The translations under genes were made by a program, and so were the position numbers. A DNA stretch of 64,000 nt, taken from positions 1,178,001-1,242,000 of the forward strand of contig BQFW01000002.1 of the NCBI GenBank assembly GCA_020891255.1, given 5' to 3'. The stretch is from Entomortierella parvispora E1425 (lineage: Eukaryota > Fungi > Mortierellomycota). A model generated the notes under the pieces. The model did not search any database and was not told where the DNA came from. It saw only the letters and a list, made by a program, of their open reading frames with translations. This document shows positions 62,926 to 64,000 of this stretch, one piece after another. Numbering within the stretch: position 1 is the first letter of the stretch; each line of letters starts with the position of its first letter.

Positions 62926-64000
62926 ATGGATCCCCGTCTCTCCTCCAGGGAAGCCAGCGTGCTCCATGCCGCAGCTGTCACCCGCAACTACTCGATCGAG
63001 CCTCGTCTCGGTAATGCCTCGCTCGCTCTCTCGCTCTCTTTTGCTCACTTGTCCCCTTCCTCCTTCACATGTCTGTGTGTTCATGGAACCAATTGGGTCC
63101 ATGACATCCACTCTTTTTCTTGCTTTTAAGGCCATATGTGCCCCACCTTCGCTCCATCTTTTGTTCTCTCCTTTGCTAATGGAATCAAAACTGGCTTCTT
63201 GTGCTAATCCTGCTCCTGTCTTGCGTGTTATACTCAACCTTGCTCTTCCCACGACACTCTTTCAGACTACCGCACCGTCGCAGGAATCAACGGACCCCTG
63301 GTGATGCTCGACAATGTCAAGTTCCCAAAGTTCTCAGAGATCGTTGAGCTGACTTTGCCCGACGGCACCAAGCGCGCCGGTCAGGTCCTCGAAGTCCAGG
63401 GCAAGAGAGCTGTCGTTCAGGTACGTGAGCTACTCGTGTTCTTTTTAGTGCCTTGCACTATCAGCAGGGTCATTATTGGGTCATGATCATGCTGACCATC
63501 CCCTATCTTGACCTCTTTGTATTTTTATCAATGACAGGTCTTTGAGGGCACTTCCAGCATTGACGCTAAACAAACACACGTCGAGTTCTCTGGCGATGTC
63601 CTCAAGATGCCAGTGTCCGAGGACATGTTGGGACGCATCTACAACGGATCTGGAAAGAGTATCGACCAGGGACCCAAGGTCTTTGCTGAAGATTACCTGG
63701 ATATCCAAGGTAACCATCACGATGCATGTTTGCTTATACATAGGAACAGGAAAGGCCCAATGCCATTTGCAATGCTTGTTGCGTAAAGTCTAATTTCTGA
63801 GAACACTCGTTTTTTTCGACCCTAGGCTCACCCATCAACCCCTACTCTCGTATCTACCCCGAGGAGATGATCCAGACTGGTATCTCGGCTATCGACACCA
63901 TGAACTCGATCGCCCGTGGTCAAAAGATTCCCATCTTCTCAGCTTCCGGATTGCCTCACAACGAGGTATGGAGGATCGAGTGTCTTCTTTTCTGAATTGA
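62926..64000 (+). CDS. VMA2: V-ATPase V1 subunit B (5' part; truncated by window end)
   Basis: YSIEPRL|[39 protein letters not shown]|[18 protein letters not shown] and [29 protein letters not shown]. Confidence 0.97.

Overview
Gene-dense, intron-rich fungal genomic DNA. It is most likely Mortierellaceae (Mortierellomycotina), inferred from protein family styles, short GT-AG introns and homopolymer-rich introns. I reconstructed about 24 spliced protein-coding loci by hand. Recognisable genes are MFSD1-like MFS, HAUS4 (augmin), CSN2, a kelch membrane protein, a GT71 mannosyltransferase, CBF1 bHLH, UVRAG/VPS38, an HMG-box protein, MED1, a type-B carboxylesterase, PRP3, a heme-less sulfite oxidase, NIP30/FAM192A, SPC25, a CBS protein, cystinosin, an ERJ5-like DnaJ, PRP28, YSH1/CPSF73, a divergent alpha-tubulin, MDM10, an ACOT13-like thioesterase and VMA2 (truncated). 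There are also two uncharacterised genes and two apparent pseudogenes (F-box, carboxylesterase). I saw no tRNA, rRNA, CRISPR array or recognisable transposon. The best leads are: an HMG box with a Cys4 insertion between helices 2 and 3; a Whi5/Nrm1-like motif gene below a CGCG/MCB-dense promoter; Cbf1-type E-boxes upstream of CBF1 itself, cystinosin and sulfite oxidase; a strongly diverged alpha-tubulin; a plant-type sulfite oxidase ending in -HNL; and non-canonical splicing candidates (GC-AG introns, a poison exon, an internal AG|GT site). No searches were run, so exon boundaries and family calls come from reading the sequence and recalled consensus motifs.
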